A DNA stretch of 61,861 bases, the filler included, from Globobulimina sp. (Eukaryota): NCBI GenBank assembly GCA_003354225.1. It is 27 parts of 27 records of this genome, joined end to end, with 100 filler letters (N's around TTAATTAATTAA, not from the genome) between each part and the next. Parts side by side here need not be neighbours in the genome. Positions count along the whole stretch, not along the records: positions 57,376 to 59,568 come from PIVH01008285.1; positions 59,669 to 61,861 come from PIVH01008286.1; 25 more parts are not named here. One strand, given 5' to 3'. Under the pieces are notes generated by a model. It had not been told where the DNA came from, made no database searches, and saw nothing but the letters and a program-made list of their open reading frames with translations. Position 1 is the first letter of the stretch; every line of letters begins with the position of its first letter. Below, piece after piece: positions 57,376-61,861 of this stretch. A program made the position numbers and the translations under genes.

Positions 57376-59148
57376 GATTAATTTTTGATTTATTCCTTTT
57401 ATCGTTATGCGGGTTATGAAAACGTTTTTGTCCTCGTATTTTAATTTAGTTCTCTGCGCCTTTCCTATGCTTTGGATGCAGTTCTCGGCGGCCACCAATC
57501 GAATCATTCTAAGCCATCCATCTGAGTCTAACCACGTAGGGAATGGGAGATCGCTGCCAGTCTCATTTTGGAGATGAAAGAATGTGGAGCGGCAGAATCG
57601 GCGGACTGTGATTTTATTTGTAGTGATTATATCCGATGGTTTCACCATACATTTGCTTATTAAACGCATCATATTCATATATTGGCCATTGATTTCGCTC
57701 ATTTTTCTGTCATACCACGCATCTTCATCAGAATCGTCATTCTCATCCATTTCATCGTCAATGCTCGGACTGTCTTTGCCATCTTCGCTCATCGGACTTG
57801 GTCTTTTTTTATTTCTTTTTCCGTTCAAATCAGAATGTAATTGCTGTAATCTCTCTGTCTTAATCTCAAACGGTTTGATTAATTGAATTAATAACAATTT
57901 ATAATCAATTTGCTGCACATCATAATTATTTTTCATTGCTTCAATGACCACATATAATAAGCAGAGCGAGTTAATATTGGCGGCAATTTTATGATTAATC
58001 ATTCTCGGCAACGAGTTATTGTTTAATATATTGATTGGTATGTTCATCATGCACATATTTACCGGGCTCCATTCTAATTCCTTTGGTACGTAATCAATTT
58101 GAATATCATTATGGCCATATCGCGGATACGGCGCTGACCAATCAAGTTCCATTAATACTGCTTCTGTGCGGGAACCGGGGACCGGAGTTAACCTCAAAAT
58201 TGTTTTATCGTTTATTACTTCTGTGGCTGGGATTAAATGATGAATAACTAATCGATGGATAGGATGATTCATATTGGCATACTGATAAATTGTAGAGATT
58301 GCTTTGTCGTAATCTGGATATTGGCCAACAATCAAATCGTGCCATACGCTCACCGGAGAATATACGTATAACGAATTCGGTGTTACGTCTACTTTGCTGA
58401 TTTTACATTCATTTTCTGCGTCCCACACAACTTTAAAATCATTTAAATCGCCGGCAATTTTTACTAAATTAATTTTACCGACTCGATGGTCCCAAAATTC
58501 TCCATTTTCTTTAATTTCATAGTCCACGCAGGCTCCCGTTTTCTTGATATTCTTTATTCTTTCTTTATTTTGGGCCGCCACTGTTTCTTCTTTGTTTGGT
58601 TGCTTTTTTTGGGGAGATTTGGGTTTGGATTTGTATCGGCGGTTTTTAGTTGATTGCGATGAAGGATATTGACACATATTGAGGGACTCTAAATTATTCG
58701 CAATTATTGGGGGGAAATGGATATCTCCGAAGGTATAGGTATTATTTGGCGATGGAGGGATTGCAGGCTCATATTGCTCTTTTTTCTTATCATTAATTCG
58801 AGGACTCATCACATTTTTGGCCCAATCTATAGCCGGAAAGTGTAATGCTTTGATTCTAAACGCATTGATGTTAAAAAACGTTTTCGCTTTCATCCACGTT
58901 GGTTGCTGATTATATGGGCATAGTTCTTCTGCGAATGCTACAAATATTACGCCAGTTTGTGATAAGTCAAGATCTTCATTAATATGGTATAATCGTTGCA
59001 TTTCAATTGGGACTTTTTGGCGTTGCGATTTTGATGGTAATAATTCTAATTTGATATTAAATTTACTGGATTCTAAATCTTTTGGTTTGGTTGCCTTTGG
59101 TTTCTGAGCTGGTATTAATGGTTTATTGATTGACTCTTTCTGTGACAT
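57376..59148 (-). CDS. Protein of unknown function (3'-partial)
   Basis: Open frame of about 590 codons from the ATG at 59148 (MSQKESINK); no motif recognised. Confidence 0.65.
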
Positions 59149-59700
59149 TGTCGTTGTTTGTATATTGGTGCGGATAATCGCAGCTATATAGTATACACAA
59201 AGCACATTTATACCATTAATTAACTTCAATTCAGTTATATATGTATTCAATTTATTATCATTTAGTATATATTGCAATGTATTATCATTTTTAGGATTTA
59301 TTTGTTTATCATTTTTTGAATTTGTTAAGATAAATGCAGCTGAAATGCATGACATTTTCAAACAAAATGTCATGTTTTTCAGCTGCAATAACTCATAATC
59401 ATAAAATAATTGATTTGTTATGTATTCTTTTTTTAGTCGAATGAATATAGATTTTTTATCATTTTTTATAAGTCTTATGGCGTTCTCTTTTGCCGAGGCA
59501 ATTTCGAGTAACGTCTGACTACCTGTTTTAGGGTGAGTTTGTTTAGACTTCTTTTTGTCTGAAATAGANNNNNNNNNNNNNNNNNNNNNNNNNNNNNNNN
59601 NNNNNNNNNNNNTTAATTAATTAANNNNNNNNNNNNNNNNNNNNNNNNNNNNNNNNNNNNNNNNNNNNTTTTTTGTTTTTTATTAATTCGTTTTTTGTTT

Positions 59701-61861
59701 TCACCGATCAACGTAACGACGTACTTGCGAATGCAAACTATTTAATGGCCGAATGTTGGACAATACACAGATACCAGATATTGCTGAGCCTGTTTCTGGA
59801 CAAAATATTCGAAAACCAATAATAATCTCACGTAACATACACGGCATTGATACTAATGATAACATCACATTATAATAGCATTCATCCTCTATTTTAGATT
59901 GTAAATACCAGTTTAAATTATTTAATGTAAATATTTCACTGATAAAGCTTGCGTTGGATTCATTCGTTTCGAATTTTATATCGATATTATTGCTTTTCAT
60001 TGCAAATAGTATTACAACATCAACAATGGAGTTATAATTATATAGTGCAATATTAATGCTTTTATAATTAGAATATTTTCGAATAAATCCAGATATCAAA
60101 TGAAAATGTTCCAGCTCTTGTTTATATTTCTCATTTTTTATTTGCTGGATGTCATTCCACACAAAACCTGTCTGATTATCCAATGACAAACATTCTGCAT
60201 TACGTAGCTCAATAAACTGAATTTTTACTTTAAACGTCAACTCATTCAATTTGTATAGGTCTTCCGTAGATAATACGCCTTCGTCCCATCCCCAATTACT
60301 ATTATTTCTATTAAAATGAGCAATGCTTTGCCATCGAATTGCAAATTCAATGCATAATATTTCGATTTTTGCAATAATTTGCGAGACACCAACAGGAAAA
60401 CAACATATTTGACAAAACGCACAAACATTTCCAGCTTTACTTGGAATATAATGATTTGGATATATTTGAATCAAAAACATATTGTTAAAGACTGGAGATT
60501 CAAATATTTTGCCATTGGGTGCCTTCCTAAAACACATCAATAACTCTTGATTTATATGCCATTGGTATTCAAAATAGTGATCCATTGGCAATGATAATGG
60601 GTTATATTCATATATTAATTTATTTTCTCGAGATAGAATCTTTAATATTTTAATATGACATCCAAAGCTTAATTGTTTATATGTATTAAGTAAAAACAAC
60701 GAATGTAATTCTGGAACAGTAAGATTTTTATACCATCCCCAGGTTTTATTTTTGCCTGAAAAGGTTGCAAAAAATGTGTATGATGTTTGGGTTTCAGCAC
60801 AGCATAAACATAAAATACATTCAATCCGTTGCAACTCAGTTGGTAATACAGCCAATGACACAAATAATTGACAAATGTCCCGGTTTTTGTTGTTAATGCC
60901 GCAAGGATAGAATTTAAAATAGAAATAAAGTCCGCAAATTTCAAATATGTCGCTCTCAAACCGCTGCTTCGGTTTTGCGATAATGAAATGTCTCAATAAA
61001 TTCATATCTGTGATATTCCACTCATAGATATTCAATGGATAATATGCTCGAATCAAAGGATAAAATTTAATTAAACTCTTCCTGTTCATATAGCCTTCAA
61101 TCACGAGGCATAGTAACTTGTTTTTATCCACATTTTGATAATGTTTATCCGTATAATGTCCATCTAAATTTATAATGTTTTTATTTTTAATGATGAATGG
61201 TTGTATGATTACAATTTCTGCACAAATGCGCATTGATTTAATACCATTTAATTCCCGTTTATGTAAAGTGCCGATTGGCCAACATTTACTGGTATTTCTT
61301 TCCAGAGTGAAATGGCAAACAGCTGACCATATTTTATTTAATTCTGGGCAGAATATTCTAATTTTTGCTTTAATGCCGCTACCTATCATAGTTTGCGGGA
61401 ATAAACATTGTTGGATACAAATTTGTGTTTGGTTCCTATCTGATTCTTTTTTATAATCCATACCGTTTGGATACACATGAATGCACCATATATTTTTATA
61501 AATATTACTTTCATATCTTTTGCCGACTGGACATTGTAACCAATCGACAATGACATTCTGTTGGATCAACCACTCAAATTTATTATGTTTCTGCTTTATT
61601 CGCATTGGTGTAAAATATGATTGGTTGATTCTTAAAATATTTATACAACATTCAATATGTATTACATCATTCATATCCATATCGTTTATTATCATATTTT
61701 TACATGAATTTGAATTAAAACCAGCTGTGAAATTATCTTTGTCAAAGATAGCAATATCTGTAAATGATGTGGAGGTCTCATGGCAATACAGCCTATAATT
61801 CACAACTATGTTTGTTGTTATCGATTGTAAAACAGTCAACCCCAAATACAATGCACAATGT
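59701..61861 (-). CDS. Tandem MATH/TRAF-like domain protein (5'-partial)
   Basis: Repeated units EW.I...F......FES.(I/V)F....(F/W)...YP.G...C.......P....I......C.E.......F......WGW; three full and two partial copies. Confidence 0.78.
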   Translation of the reverse strand, partial: HCALYLGLTVLQSITTNIVVNYRLYCHETSTSFTDIAIFDKDNFTAGFNSNSCKNMIINDMDMNDVIHIECCINILRINQSYFTPMRIKQKHNKFEWLIQQNVIVDWLQCPVGKRYESNIYKNIWCIHVYPNGMDYKKESDRNQTQICIQQCLFPQTMIGSGIKAKIRIFCPELNKIWSAVCHFTLERNTSKCWPIGTLHKRELNGIKSMRICAEIVIIQPFIIKNKNIINLDGHYTDKHYQNVDKNKLLCLVIEGYMNRKSLIKFYPLIRAYYPLNIYEWNITDMNLLRHFIIAKPKQRFESDIFEICGLYFYFKFYPCGINNKNRDICQLFVSLAVLPTELQRIECILCLCCAETQTSYTFFATFSGKNKTWGWYKNLTVPELHSLFLLNTYKQLSFGCHIKILKILSRENKLIYEYNPLSLPMDHYFEYQWHINQELLMCFRKAPNGKIFESPVFNNMFLIQIYPNHYIPSKAGNVCAFCQICCFPVGVSQIIAKIEILCIEFAIRWQSIAHFNRNNSNWGWDEGVLSTEDLYKLNELTFKVKIQFIELRNAECLSLDNQTGFVWNDIQQIKNEKYKQELEHFHLISGFIRKYSNYKSINIALYNYNSIVDVVILFAMKSNNIDIKFETNESNASFISEIFTLNNLNWYLQSKIEDECYYNVMLSLVSMPCMLREIIIGFRIFCPETGSAISGICVLSNIRPLNSLHSQVRRYVDR

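Noticed and set aside
1-61861. rRNA, tRNA, CRISPR arrays, prokaryotic operons or defence islands
   Set aside because: None was recognisable by eye. Bacterial-like DNA is limited to short contig-end fragments. A tRNAscan-SE/Infernal run would be needed to exclude small RNAs.

Overview
This is not one chromosomal segment. It is 27 unrelated contigs of 2,196 to 2,193 bp, sorted by decreasing length and joined by 26 artificial 100-bp spacers (N44-TTAATTAATTAA-N44), so gene neighbourhood only has meaning inside each contig. Most contigs come from an AT-rich, gene-dense eukaryote using the standard code with short (about 49-116 bp) GT-AG introns. The gene content (RCC1, MATH, TRAF/RING, CAP-Gly, TLDc, divergent 7TM families, divergent actin) suggests a foraminiferan or other rhizarian protist; this is inference. 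Three contig ends look bacterial and one gene contains a small inversion, which points to whole-genome-amplification chimeras. Recognisable genes include an M14 carboxypeptidase, a sulfotransferase, an X-family DNA polymerase, a kinesin, nicastrin, a WRN-like RecQ helicase and a START protein. Mobile elements are a decayed LINE RT, a Ty3/gypsy gag-pol and a full-length pogo-type transposon. Manual splicing reveals fusions that the ORF track hides. The best candidate for an undescribed system is an intact 4-exon, 336-aa gene (43940-45164, minus strand) fusing an MGN N-terminus, a globin with its proximal His and an RGS domain. It is a putative heme gas sensor wired to G-protein signalling and sits head-to-head with a 7TM receptor-like gene. 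Other candidates are a 7TM-like/pseudo-RhoGAP fusion, a Pol X carrying four RanBP2-type zinc fingers and a WWE domain, an ADP-ribosyltransferase-like protein with an H-S-E triad, a kinesin with a C-terminal EF-hand, and a roughly 35-aa module inserted into unrelated folds. All domain calls come from motif recognition by eye, not from database searches.
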